DNA from: Candidatus Latescibacterota bacterium
Lineage (GTDB): Bacteria > Latescibacterota > UBA2968 > UBA8231
Direction: 5' to 3'
DNA: 64,000 nt
Assembly: GCA_965203175.1 (NCBI GenBank)
Contig: OZ241867.1
Span: 4,032,001 to 4,096,000, forward strand
A program made the translations under genes and the position numbers. The stretch's first letter is position 1; every line of letters starts with the position of its first letter. This document shows positions 18,129 to 27,344 of the stretch, in pieces. The notes below the pieces were generated by a model. The model was not told the origin of the DNA, ran no database searches, and saw nothing but the letters and a program-made list of their open reading frames with translations.

Positions 18129-19282
18129 TGAATCACTCCTTTACCTCCAAAATCATCGAGAAAGTAGAGCACGAATTTAACGAGCTTGGAAGGACTATCT
18201 TTGAATTAAGTCCACTTCTTCAGTATATCAACAAAAAGACGAAATCTGCTAACAGAGGTTCAAAAGCACGGAGCAGTTTTGCCAACCTCTACGCTCTTTA
18301 CGTCCTGATTGAAGACTACGTGGACAAGGGGTATCTCGAAAAGGGCGACTATGCAGAGTATGAAGGGGCCGACTTTACCCCACTATTGCGCCGGATGCGT
18401 GAACTTCCTTTCGGGGCGAAGTTGCAGAATCACGCGCTCAATAATCGTGCGAATGACGAATTTCACAAGTATTTTCCTGAAGATGATCGACGCCCAATAC
18501 TTAGAGACGTTTCGAGTCGGAAGTATTGGATCAATGAGGCATTATTGACTGTCTTGGTAGGAGAGCGTAAATGCATCCTTGCTCAAGTAGTACTTCGAAT
18601 TATTGACCTTTACGTTGAAACTAAGCGCGAATCGTTTTCTCAGTTTATTGAAGACTGTGAACGGCTGCAGAAAGCAAATGAAAAAGAGAATGATGAAGCA
18701 GCAGAATTTATCAGATCGCTGTTATCTCCAGAGCGAGATGCCAGACTATTTGAAATAGCGAGCTACGCGATCCTCAAAGCTCATTTTTCGGTAGAAATTA
18801 TCTTTATTGGAAAGACTCGCGATACTATCCAAAAAGAAGCATTGGAGTTGTTCAAGACAGGGCGAACTAATGCTAATGACGGCGGTATTGACTTTGTCAT
18901 GAGGCCGCTGGGTAGATTTTTTCAAGTTACAGAAACTCTCGATATAAAAAAATACTTTTTGGACATAGACAAAATTGAGAGGTATCCAATTTCGTTTGTG
19001 ATTAAGACCACGCTTGAGGTCGATGAAATTCGGTCGCGCTTAGAAGCTGGTGCTAAAGAGCAATACGGAGTGCGTGAGATTGTGCAGCGATACATGACTG
19101 CTATAGAAGACATTTTCAATATTCCCAAATTGATCGGGATTTTTAATATCTTAGCGAATCAAGATCGAGTCTCTGAGGTGCTAGACGAAATAATTCGCTG
19201 GAGCAAAGTGGAGTTCAATATTGAAGACGATCTAGATTCTTCTGAAAGTGTCGCTGACGAAGACGAGGATACCGACGATTGA
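18128..19282 (+). CDS. Probable type II restriction endonuclease cognate to the YhdJ-like methyltransferase
   Basis: TAATG translational coupling to the MTase, AT-richer composition, RLFEIASYAIL...TGRTNANDGGIDF...FFQVTE nuclease-like region. Confidence 0.7.
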   Translation: MNHSFTSKIIEKVEHEFNELGRTIFELSPLLQYINKKTKSANRGSKARSSFANLYALYVLIEDYVDKGYLEKGDYAEYEGADFTPLLRRMRELPFGAKLQNHALNNRANDEFHKYFPEDDRRPILRDVSSRKYWINEALLTVLVGERKCILAQVVLRIIDLYVETKRESFSQFIEDCERLQKANEKENDEAAEFIRSLLSPERDARLFEIASYAILKAHFSVEIIFIGKTRDTIQKEALELFKTGRTNANDGGIDFVMRPLGRFFQVTETLDIKKYFLDIDKIERYPISFVIKTTLEVDEIRSRLEAGAKEQYGVREIVQRYMTAIEDIFNIPKLIGIFNILANQDRVSEVLDEIIRWSKVEFNIEDDLDSSESVADEDEDTDD

Positions 19283-19314
19283 AAGGCTAATGATGCCGAG
19301 TTGGTCGGTCACGG

Positions 19315-19351
19315 AAAAGCGGGCAGTTCGTCTATGAACTGCCCGCTTTTT
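19315..19351. terminator. Bidirectional rho-independent terminator
   Basis: AAAAGCGGGCAGTTC-GTCTAT-GAACTGCCCGCTTTT between convergent genes. Confidence 0.85.
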
Positions 19352-19381
19352 CGCGTTACTTGAATAAAGTTACTAGGCCGG

Positions 19382-20221
19382 CTATATGGCCGAAAACAGG
19401 AAAGAATGCGGTAGTTTGGCGTTGTAGACGACCTCTACAAAGCGCCACATCGCCCGCTCTGGATCCCAGACCAGCCGACAGAAGAAGGGCGTGCAGATCG
19501 GTCCTTCCGATCCGGCGAACTCGGCTGGCTCTTCGGTGACAAACGCGATGTCGGTGAAGACCCGCTGCTCACCAGCCCGCAGTGCCCCGTCAACCTCTTG
19601 CTGCAATTTGAATCTGGCCTTGACAGCTTCCCTCGGGTACGTGCTCTCGTAGTGGCCCTGCTTGACAGCTTCCCTCGGGTAAATGTGATAGCTCTCGTAG
19701 TGGCCCTGCATCTCGAACACCTTGAACGTGCTGTGGCGCAAGAAGGCCTTGCCGAAGCGGTATTCATAGCCTTGGCCGTCGAGTACGGCGCGGTGCATGG
19801 CACGGAAGATGTCAAAGGGCGTGTCGTCTCTGGGGATGCCCCAATCCGCTAGGGTCTCTTGCATGTTTTTTATAGCTCTGGGGTTGTTGACGCCCTCGCG
19901 CAGGTAAAACTGGGCGGCGAGGCTATCATTGCCAGAGGCGGAGAAGGCGACGAGAAAGTCGTAGAGCCAGTCGCGCAGGTCGGCTTCTTGCTCGGGGGTG
20001 ATGGGGACGCCCGCGGCGACGGGGATGGTCGTAATGGCCTGCCACAACTTGGGACCGGCTTTGACCTTGATCTTCTTCGCGGTATGGACATAGTCAAGCA
20101 AGCCCTGGAGCTTGTCGAGGCGGGGCTCAAAGCCGCCGTGGGGATACTTGGTCTCGACGGCCGCGACGCTGGAGAAGGTAATCAGCGCGAGAGATAGGAT
20201 GCGAATGGCTAAGGGTTGCAT
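19382..20221 (-). CDS. Hypothetical secreted protein, paralog A
   Basis: ATG 20221 after AAGGAGG; signal peptide MQPLAIRILSLALITFSSVAA; shares PITPEQEADLRDWLYDFLVAFS with 27345..28241. Confidence 0.8.
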   Translation of the reverse strand: MQPLAIRILSLALITFSSVAAVETKYPHGGFEPRLDKLQGLLDYVHTAKKIKVKAGPKLWQAITTIPVAAGVPITPEQEADLRDWLYDFLVAFSASGNDSLAAQFYLREGVNNPRAIKNMQETLADWGIPRDDTPFDIFRAMHRAVLDGQGYEYRFGKAFLRHSTFKVFEMQGHYESYHIYPREAVKQGHYESTYPREAVKARFKLQQEVDGALRAGEQRVFTDIAFVTEEPAEFAGSEGPICTPFFCRLVWDPERAMWRFVEVVYNAKLPHSFLFSAI

Positions 20222-20268
20222 GATGCCCTCCTTGTGGAAGAGTGGGTTGTTGCTTCGGTAAGCACTAC

Positions 20269-20285
20269 TGCAACTATCGTGCCAA
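20269..20285 (-). promoter_or_regulatory. Sigma54 (-24/-12) promoter of paralog A
   Basis: Minus strand TTGGCACGATAGTTGCA matches the TGGCAC-N5-TTGC consensus. Confidence 0.85.
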
Positions 20286-20460
20286 TGGAGGGAACCAGCG
20301 GTCGCCAATCGCGCTGATCATTTTGTTTTTTATATCTAACTTCCTGTTAAATAATGTTTTATAAAAGCAAGATAATTTTTTCGCATATCTCTCAAATCCT
20401 TTCTGCCATCCCTTAATACTCTAAATCTGGCCATATCCGCCGTTTTGGTGATCTAACCAC

Positions 20461-20502
20461 TGTGCGCCAGCGAACAGCAGGTGTTCGCCAGCGGACAGTA
20501 GG
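20461..20502. repeat. Two 21-bp tandem repeats, candidate enhancer sites for paralog A
   Basis: TGTGCGCCAGCGAACAGCAGG / TGTTCGCCAGCGGACAGTAGG, about 175 bp upstream of the -24 element. Confidence 0.55.
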
Positions 20503-20557
20503 GGTTAGTTGATGCGGAATCCAGTTTGTGTATGCTCAATCCAAGTCTTCTGCCAAC

Positions 20558-21280
20558 CTAGGCTGCTGGCAGGACGGGCCGCTCTACGTATTCGACGTAG
20601 AGGCGCTCCAAGTCGGTTTCTTGGAATTCGTCGCGGGTGAGCGTCTTGACGAGGTGGCCCTCGACCATGATGCCGAGCCGGTCGGCGATCACGCGAGCGC
20701 GGAATACATCGTGCGTGGTCATCCAGATGGCCTTGCCCTCGTTGCGTAGCTCGTCCAACAGCTCCAAAAACTCGGCCCCGGACTTGGGATCGAGGCCCGA
20801 CGTAGGCTCGTCGAGCAACACGATGCGGGCGTCCTTGGCGATGGCAATGGCAATGCCCAGCTTCTGGCGCATCCCCTTGGAAAACTCCTTGACTCGCCGG
20901 TCAAACGCCTCTTGTTGCAGGCCGACGCGCGCCATGATCGCGTCGTAGTGCGCGGCGTCTTGGGGCGGTTGGCCGCTCAAGCGGGTGAAGAAGTCCAAGT
21001 TCTGCCGCGCGCTAAAGTTGCCGTAGAGCATGACGTTTTCCGAGACATAGGCTACGTGCTTTTTGGCCTCTAAGGGCTGCTCGGTGATGTCGATGCCGCA
21101 CAGCTTGACCGTCCCTTGGGTGGGTTCGGTAAAGCCCAACGCGACCATCAAGGTCGTGGTCTTGCCCGCGCCGTTGGCTCCGAGCATGGTGAAGATCTCG
21201 CCGCCTTCGATGGTCAGGTTGAGGTCGGTGACCGCTTTGACGTCACCGTAGTGCTTGGAAAGTCCGATGATCTCCAACAT
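20558..21280 (-). CDS. ABC transporter ATP-binding protein (ABC-2 type)
   Basis: GANGAGKTT, FSKGMRQKL, LLDEPTSGLDP, TTHD. Confidence 0.95.
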   Translation of the reverse strand: MLEIIGLSKHYGDVKAVTDLNLTIEGGEIFTMLGANGAGKTTTLMVALGFTEPTQGTVKLCGIDITEQPLEAKKHVAYVSENVMLYGNFSARQNLDFFTRLSGQPPQDAAHYDAIMARVGLQQEAFDRRVKEFSKGMRQKLGIAIAIAKDARIVLLDEPTSGLDPKSGAEFLELLDELRNEGKAIWMTTHDVFRARVIADRLGIMVEGHLVKTLTRDEFQETDLERLYVEYVERPVLPAA

Positions 21281-21294
21281 GATGCGATCCTTTC

Positions 21295-22704
21295 TCAAGG
21301 TGTTTTGTAAAACTCGCTGTTGAGCGCGCGGCCCAGTATCCGCCGCAGCTCTTCAGCCGCGAGGATGTAGGCCAAGCGCTCGGCAAAATAGCTCTGCTCG
21401 GCGAAGTTGACAGCGACCCGCTGGCGGCGGATGTCGTCGAAGTTGAGGTTGCCCATAGCGTTCTCAAACAGCTCTTCGACCGTGTCCAAACGCTGGCGGG
21501 CTACATCGGCGCGGCGGCGCAGAATCTGCGTGTTTTCCCGTCGGCTTTTTAAGTCGTAAAAGGCTTCGACCACTTCGAGTTCAATCAAGTTGCGGGTTTC
21601 GTCGCGGTCTTGGCGCAGTTCGCGGAGCCGCGCCCGCTCTTGGGCGGACTGCGCCAACCGGCGGCCGCCTTGGAACAGGGGCAGCGACACGTTGGCCATT
21701 ACGCGCCAGCCTTCCCCCATGTCCAGCGCGGGATCCAAGCCTTGGCTGGCGAGCGAGCGGCGACCGGATCCTACCAGCTTCCACGTTTGGCCGTTGCCGC
21801 TCCAGTTCAAGCCGAGGTCGGTGTCTTGGACATCCTTAGTCAGTTGCAGGCCGACTTGGGGTAGCCACTGCCAGAAAACACTGCGCACCTGATGCCGCTG
21901 TTCGCCTATTTGCCAGACGAGTTCGGCGAGGTGGGGCCGGTTGGCGCGGGCTTCCTCGATGAGGGCTGGTAGGTCCGCTTCGCTGGGGTTGAGTAGCTGG
22001 AGTTGCTCGTAGGGCGGGCCGACGATCTCGATGGCGCGGAGCGAGCGCTTGCCCACCAGGCCGATCTCGGTAAAGAGCTGCAGATGCAGGGCGCGCAACG
22101 CGCGCTGGAGGTTATTGATGCGGGACTGTTCCTCCAGCACCTCTAGCTCGGCCTCGTGCAGTTCTACGGGCCGCGCCAAGCCGGCGTCGAGGCGCGTTTG
22201 CACCCGGTCCATTTTAGCGCGGAAGTAAGCGAGCAACTCGTCGCGGCTGGCGATCTCGTCGCGCGTCAGCAACAGGCGGTAATAGGCTTGGCGCACCTTG
22301 CTATCCACGGCGATGATGGCCTCGCGGTAGCGCGCCTTTTCCGCCTGCTCCTGGTGCTTGGCGGCGAAGCGCGATGGGGTGGTGGCTCCGTAGCGTACGA
22401 TCTCTTGCTGGGCTTGCAAGAAAAGCTCGCGTTGGCTTCGACTGGTGCTCAGTCCAAGGTCGGTCTCCGGCGCGTCGGCGAATTCGCTGCGTGCGTAATC
22501 CGCGTTTAGGCCGATGGTCGGGAGCTGCTCGGCGTAGTCGAGGCGGGTGCGCGCCCTCATCTGGTTCCAGCGGGCACGCGCCGCCCCGAGTACTGGGCTG
22601 TGGTGGCCCGCTTCGCGCTGACAAGTCGTTAGATCCCACTCCTCTGCGGGGGCGACGGTCGCCAAGCAGCAGAGGGCGGCCAAGGCCGATCGATAAGCCG
22701 TCAT
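21295..22704 (-). CDS. TolC-family outer-membrane efflux protein
   Basis: Signal peptide, two helical repeats, VSLPLFQGGR, EVVEAFYDL; ATGA overlap with the upstream gene. Confidence 0.85.
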   Translation of the reverse strand: MTAYRSALAALCCLATVAPAEEWDLTTCQREAGHHSPVLGAARARWNQMRARTRLDYAEQLPTIGLNADYARSEFADAPETDLGLSTSRSQRELFLQAQQEIVRYGATTPSRFAAKHQEQAEKARYREAIIAVDSKVRQAYYRLLLTRDEIASRDELLAYFRAKMDRVQTRLDAGLARPVELHEAELEVLEEQSRINNLQRALRALHLQLFTEIGLVGKRSLRAIEIVGPPYEQLQLLNPSEADLPALIEEARANRPHLAELVWQIGEQRHQVRSVFWQWLPQVGLQLTKDVQDTDLGLNWSGNGQTWKLVGSGRRSLASQGLDPALDMGEGWRVMANVSLPLFQGGRRLAQSAQERARLRELRQDRDETRNLIELEVVEAFYDLKSRRENTQILRRRADVARQRLDTVEELFENAMGNLNFDDIRRQRVAVNFAEQSYFAERLAYILAAEELRRILGRALNSEFYKTP

Positions 22705-24212
22705 CGCTTGCTCCATTGCACGGTGAAGACGGCGATGCCCAGCACGATGCTCACCAGTAGGATCACCAACCCCGTTATGCCCCAAAACGAGCCGTCGCTC
22801 TTGATGTTTATGTTGACGGTGCGCTCGACCGACTCGACCCACTGCCCCTTGTGCTGGGTGCTGGCGTTGGTCTTGACTTCGTAGCGTCCTATTTCGGCGC
22901 TGTTAAGGGGGCGCACGGTCAGCACGGCTTCTATTTCCTCGCGTGGCGGGAGCAGGGCGATTTCCTGCGGCTCAAAGGAGACATTCCAGCCGGGCGGCGA
23001 CAGGGCTTGCAGGCGGATGTCGAGCAATTCAACCGTGCCGAGGTTGCGTAGCTGCCAAACGGACTTCGACTCACCTTCGCCATCCACCGAAAGGTCGAGG
23101 TTGAGGGTGGTGAGCTCCAATTCGGCCCGGCCCGTGGGCACTAATTGCAGTTGCTCGTAGCCGATGCCCATGGCTTGCAAGCGCTCTGGGTCGGCTGCGG
23201 CCAACACCTCGGCATCTACAGCATTTGGCTCGTAGGCCAGCACCGAGAAAATCAGTGGCTGATCCACCGTGAAACTCTCGTCTTGTTCGGGGACGTACAC
23301 GTTGAGGGTGAGCGAGTCGCTGGAGTGGTCGCGAGAAAAGCGCAGCCGCGACAGGTTGCGGCCTTCGCTCTCGAATTCCCAGCGGAAGTCATCCGGCAGG
23401 CCGTGCGCCATGAGCTGGAAAATCTTTTCGTCTTCGGCCAGCCGCTCTAGCTGTAACTCGTACGCCACCGAATTGCCCAAAGGGCCTTCTTGGGAAAACT
23501 GCGTGGCGTACACGCGCACTACGTCGCGAGCCGAAGCCTTTTCTAAGTGGATGACGTGGTCGTCCGTGCGGTTGAGGTATTGGAGTTGCACGGTGAGGTC
23601 TTCGACTTCGGGACGCTGCAAGCCGACCTCGACTTCGACTTCCTCGCCGAGAGCCAGCACGGGGATGTGGACTTGGTAGGGCTGGCCGACCATGACGTTG
23701 TCGGCGAGGATGGTGACGAAGATGTTGTTCACCTGCAACAGCGACGCGGCGTCTTGGTCAAGGCCGTTGATGTCGTAGAGGTGGCGAGCGCGATCGACCA
23801 TTTGCGCCAAATGAAGATCCGAGTCGTTGCGCAAGGTGAGACGGACGCGCACCTTGTCACCTTCGACGCCGTACTTTTGACCGTTGACGACCGTCAGGTG
23901 GGTGGCGTCGGCCAGTGAGTTGAGGAAGGCGCGCTGTAGGTTTAAGTCGGCCCGTTGCTGCTCTTCGCGGGCGCGCTCGAACCGCTCGCGGGCAATGCGC
24001 AGCTCTTGGCCGGTGACCACGCCGCGCTCCTTGAGGCCGATCATCTGTTCGTGCTCGATTTCGACTTCGGCTTCGCGCGCTTTGGCCTGCTCTAGGATTA
24101 AGTGGGCCTCTTGGAGGTCGAGCAGGATGCGCTGTTGTTCTTTGGTCAAGTTTTCAGCGTGGGCCGTAAGGACACACAACAGCAGTCCGAGGGCATAGTA
24201 GATGGAGGACAT
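22701..24212 (-). CDS. Exported protein: coiled hairpin + Ig-like/NEW3 domains + C-terminal TM anchor
   Basis: Signal peptide; HlyD-like hairpin (...ERGVVTGQELRIARERF...); LRNLGTVELLDIRL..PPGWNVSFEP NEW3-like; C-terminal hydrophobic helix followed by WSKR. Confidence 0.7.
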   Translation of the reverse strand: MSSIYYALGLLLCVLTAHAENLTKEQQRILLDLQEAHLILEQAKAREAEVEIEHEQMIGLKERGVVTGQELRIARERFERAREEQQRADLNLQRAFLNSLADATHLTVVNGQKYGVEGDKVRVRLTLRNDSDLHLAQMVDRARHLYDINGLDQDAASLLQVNNIFVTILADNVMVGQPYQVHIPVLALGEEVEVEVGLQRPEVEDLTVQLQYLNRTDDHVIHLEKASARDVVRVYATQFSQEGPLGNSVAYELQLERLAEDEKIFQLMAHGLPDDFRWEFESEGRNLSRLRFSRDHSSDSLTLNVYVPEQDESFTVDQPLIFSVLAYEPNAVDAEVLAAADPERLQAMGIGYEQLQLVPTGRAELELTTLNLDLSVDGEGESKSVWQLRNLGTVELLDIRLQALSPPGWNVSFEPQEIALLPPREEIEAVLTVRPLNSAEIGRYEVKTNASTQHKGQWVESVERTVNINIKSDGSFWGITGLVILLVSIVLGIAVFTVQWSKR

Positions 24213-24224
24213 CTCGTATCCTTT

Positions 24225-25676
24225 CTAGACAATGCTGGCTCGCAGCCACGACCGGTAAGCCAGCATGTAAGTAAGCATGGCGAAAAAGAAAAGCCCGATC
24301 ACATCAATGATGGCATGTCGTAGCAAGGTCGTCGCCGACATGTCTTCGGTGAAAACGGGTAAGGTGTCGGGATTGATTTTCTGCTTCGACAGCCCCTGGG
24401 CGACGAGGTGGATGTGCATGCTTTTGGGATCGTCGCGGTCGAGGTTGAGCATGGTCTGCTCGAATTGCTGGACGTAGGTGCGCACCTGCTCGACAAAGCT
24501 GCGGTGGCGCGCTAGTCCGGTGCCGGCGAGGGCCTCCATGCCGTACTGAAAACAGCCCGTCGGCGACAGGCGTACGATGTAGCGGGCTGTTTCGACCTCG
24601 CCGAGGCTGTGGGCCAAAAAGCGGTCTTCTCGGTCTTGGCGGACCTGGCGCACGGCGCGTTGGGCGTCGGCCAACTGGCGTACTTTCTCGGGGTTTCTCA
24701 AGTCGCGGTTCCGCAAACGGCTCTTAATATGGAAGAGTTTTTGGTAGGCTGGCGTGTTATAGTTTGAGAAGCCGAATCCCAGTGTTATCTCCTCTTCGAA
24801 TTCGCTGACCAACACGCGGGCGGCCAGTGCGCCGCCGGTGGCTGGCCAGAGCAACGCGCCGCCGGTCCACAGCAAGAGCACTCCCACCAGACTAGAGCGC
24901 GTCGTACTGCTCCGTATCGACACCCACAGCCCCAACCCGACAAAGCAGGCGAGGTAGAGTAGCGATAGGCCGACCATGCCAATCAATCGCCCGGCCTCGA
25001 CGAGGCCCAAGTTCACCTGCGACAGCGCGAGGACGATGAGCAAATTGACGACGATGGCGAGGCTCAGCACGATAGAGAGAGCCAGCATCGCGCCGAGGAA
25101 CTTGCCCAAAAGCAGGGTGTGGCGGGGTAGGCTTTGGGCCATGACCAGTTTGAGGGTGCCGCGCTCCTTTTCGCCGATGAAGGCGTCAAAGGTGAACAAC
25201 AAGGCCATGAGGCTGAGCAGGACGCCGATGATAAAGGCCCAGTCGATGGCTTGGGTCTCCAGTAGTTGGCTGGCCTTTGGTGCCCAGATGTCGACGATGT
25301 CCCAATAGACGAGTACAAAGGGACTGTAAACTCTGGTGCGATTGTGGCTGGTTTCTCCGCCAATTGTCCAGAGACGATTGGGTAGGGCGTCATCGGCACC
25401 TGTAGCGCAGAACATGAGGGGGCTGGGTTGCTTATAGATATAGGTCTGCCCTGAATGGAGGATCAGCTTCCACAGGCCCCGCTGGGCGTTGCTGCGTCCG
25501 ATTTCTTGCTCGGCTTGGACCTGTTCGAGATAGTGGTCGCGTCTGAACTCGTACGAGCCGCCGACAAAGCTGAGCGCGTTGAGCACCATTAAACCCACCG
25601 TCAACACGAGGGCTAAGCCAAAACGCAGGCTGATGAGGTGGTCGATCAGTTCGCGTTTTACGATAGCTGCTAGCAT
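24225..25676 (-). CDS. ABC-2 type transporter permease
   Basis: IVKRELIDHL, FDAFIGEKERGTLKLVM, LLGKFLG, RLSPTGCF; multiple TMs with two large loops. Confidence 0.88.
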   Translation of the reverse strand: MLAAIVKRELIDHLISLRFGLALVLTVGLMVLNALSFVGGSYEFRRDHYLEQVQAEQEIGRSNAQRGLWKLILHSGQTYIYKQPSPLMFCATGADDALPNRLWTIGGETSHNRTRVYSPFVLVYWDIVDIWAPKASQLLETQAIDWAFIIGVLLSLMALLFTFDAFIGEKERGTLKLVMAQSLPRHTLLLGKFLGAMLALSIVLSLAIVVNLLIVLALSQVNLGLVEAGRLIGMVGLSLLYLACFVGLGLWVSIRSSTTRSSLVGVLLLWTGGALLWPATGGALAARVLVSEFEEEITLGFGFSNYNTPAYQKLFHIKSRLRNRDLRNPEKVRQLADAQRAVRQVRQDREDRFLAHSLGEVETARYIVRLSPTGCFQYGMEALAGTGLARHRSFVEQVRTYVQQFEQTMLNLDRDDPKSMHIHLVAQGLSKQKINPDTLPVFTEDMSATTLLRHAIIDVIGLFFFAMLTYMLAYRSWLRASIV

Positions 25677-25708
25677 TAGGATGGCTCCTTCTGTATAAAT
25701 TGGGTCGC

Positions 25709-27280
25709 TTACATGGCGTCGTAGCGCACGAAGAGCCGATTGGCGAGGACAAAGAGCACGGCTACATAGAGCGATAGAGCCGTTAGAGCCGGCAAAGCGT
25801 GGCTCAAGCTATCGGCGACCGTCCAGGCGTGCTCGTGAAATCTCGGCAGGTCGCGCAGGTCAGCGCGCCAGCCTTCGTCGTCGTTGAACCACTCGCGGGA
25901 ACCAAACGCGTCGCGGTCTTCGAGAAAGGTGATGATCTGCCCGCGATAGGCGCGCACTTGGTCGATGAAATCGTAGTATTCGCGTCGGCTGGTGCCAGCG
26001 AAGGCACTGGCGGCTTGGGCATAGGCACCGGCGGGAAAGAGGCGTTGGAGTTGGTCATTCCATCGTTCGATGCGGCGGGGGAAGCCTTCAATAAGGGGGG
26101 CCTGCTCGTTCCAGGCGCGCTGGGCGTACTGCAATCGCAACCGCTCGCCAGTGCGGACGATGTCTTGGAACTTCGCAAGCGAGGGTGAATCGGCGACATT
26201 AGATAAATATATCCTCGGTATCTGTCCGTCTCTTTTAGAGTAGGTTTCGGTTCCGTTACCATAGATTAAGGTTCCGCGTCCCTTAATACGGACATGCTCG
26301 ACCATGTCTGTGGGAAAGTACTTGGTCTGGCCGTGCGCCCGAGCGAGGTCGGTGACCTCCTGATCGAACTCCTTCCATACTTGTGCGGCCTTGTGGTGGG
26401 CTTGGGCATGCTTTTCGCCCATGTTGGCCTGCTCGTTGAGCAAGGCTGAGATGCTATTGGGCAGCACAATCGCCAGCAATGCCCACGCGAACAGCGCGTA
26501 AATCAGGCTGGTTGCCGAGCGGTGGGTCGCGCACGAGATCGCCAGCCCAATTAGGTAAAACACCAGCAGATACAGCAGTGACAGCGCGAACAGCAGCCCC
26601 ACCCGCACCCATTCGCCGACCCCGACTTCGATGTTCTCAGTGCCCAGTAGCAAGATCGTCAGCAAGATAAAGCCCAAGGCGGTTGGAATGGCGAGCGTGG
26701 TCAGGCCAGCGAGGATCTTGCCGACGAGGACTTGGGCACGGCTGACGTTGGTAGTTAGCATCAGCCGTAGGGTGCCGTCTTCCTTCTCGCCGGAGATGGC
26801 CTCGCTGGCGATGAGGACGGCCAGCAAGCCGAGCACGAGTTGGAAGATGTACACCATGTCGAAGAAGGCAAAGATGGCGAGGTAGGGATTGCTCGACTGG
26901 AAGGGCGCGACCTCCTCGGCTTGATAGGGCACGTTGAAGAGCATCACCTTGACCGCCTGCCCGGCCTGTCGTTCGGCACCTTGAGCGAACACTGCTAGGG
27001 GGCGCGGGGCCCGTAGAGCACGTGGAGCCGCCTTTGGCTTGAACCCCCCATTAGGCGACATCAACCAGTCCCAGCCTAGGACCGAATAATAGGTGATTTC
27101 GTGCAGTTTGGTTTCCTCAACGGCCCGCTGTGTGAGATAGTTGGCCTTTTTGTGGACATAGGTCTGGCTGGTGAGTACGCCATTGGCGATGATCAGCACG
27201 ACGGCGAGTACGGTGCAAGCGGCGAAGCGCTGGCTGAGCAGATGGCTGAGCATCTCTTTTTTGAATACAATGCCTATCAT
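25709..27280 (-). CDS. ABC-2 type transporter permease (paralog)
   Basis: VFKKEMLSHL, EAISGEKEDGTLRLML, LVGKILAG, C-terminal FVRYD. Confidence 0.88.
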   Translation of the reverse strand: MIGIVFKKEMLSHLLSQRFAACTVLAVVLIIANGVLTSQTYVHKKANYLTQRAVEETKLHEITYYSVLGWDWLMSPNGGFKPKAAPRALRAPRPLAVFAQGAERQAGQAVKVMLFNVPYQAEEVAPFQSSNPYLAIFAFFDMVYIFQLVLGLLAVLIASEAISGEKEDGTLRLMLTTNVSRAQVLVGKILAGLTTLAIPTALGFILLTILLLGTENIEVGVGEWVRVGLLFALSLLYLLVFYLIGLAISCATHRSATSLIYALFAWALLAIVLPNSISALLNEQANMGEKHAQAHHKAAQVWKEFDQEVTDLARAHGQTKYFPTDMVEHVRIKGRGTLIYGNGTETYSKRDGQIPRIYLSNVADSPSLAKFQDIVRTGERLRLQYAQRAWNEQAPLIEGFPRRIERWNDQLQRLFPAGAYAQAASAFAGTSRREYYDFIDQVRAYRGQIITFLEDRDAFGSREWFNDDEGWRADLRDLPRFHEHAWTVADSLSHALPALTALSLYVAVLFVLANRLFVRYDAM

Positions 27281-27344
27281 GGCGCGGCTCCTGTTTCAGG
27301 CTGGCAGCGTTATCTCTGAGGAGATTGTCGAGCTTTCGCGTGGG

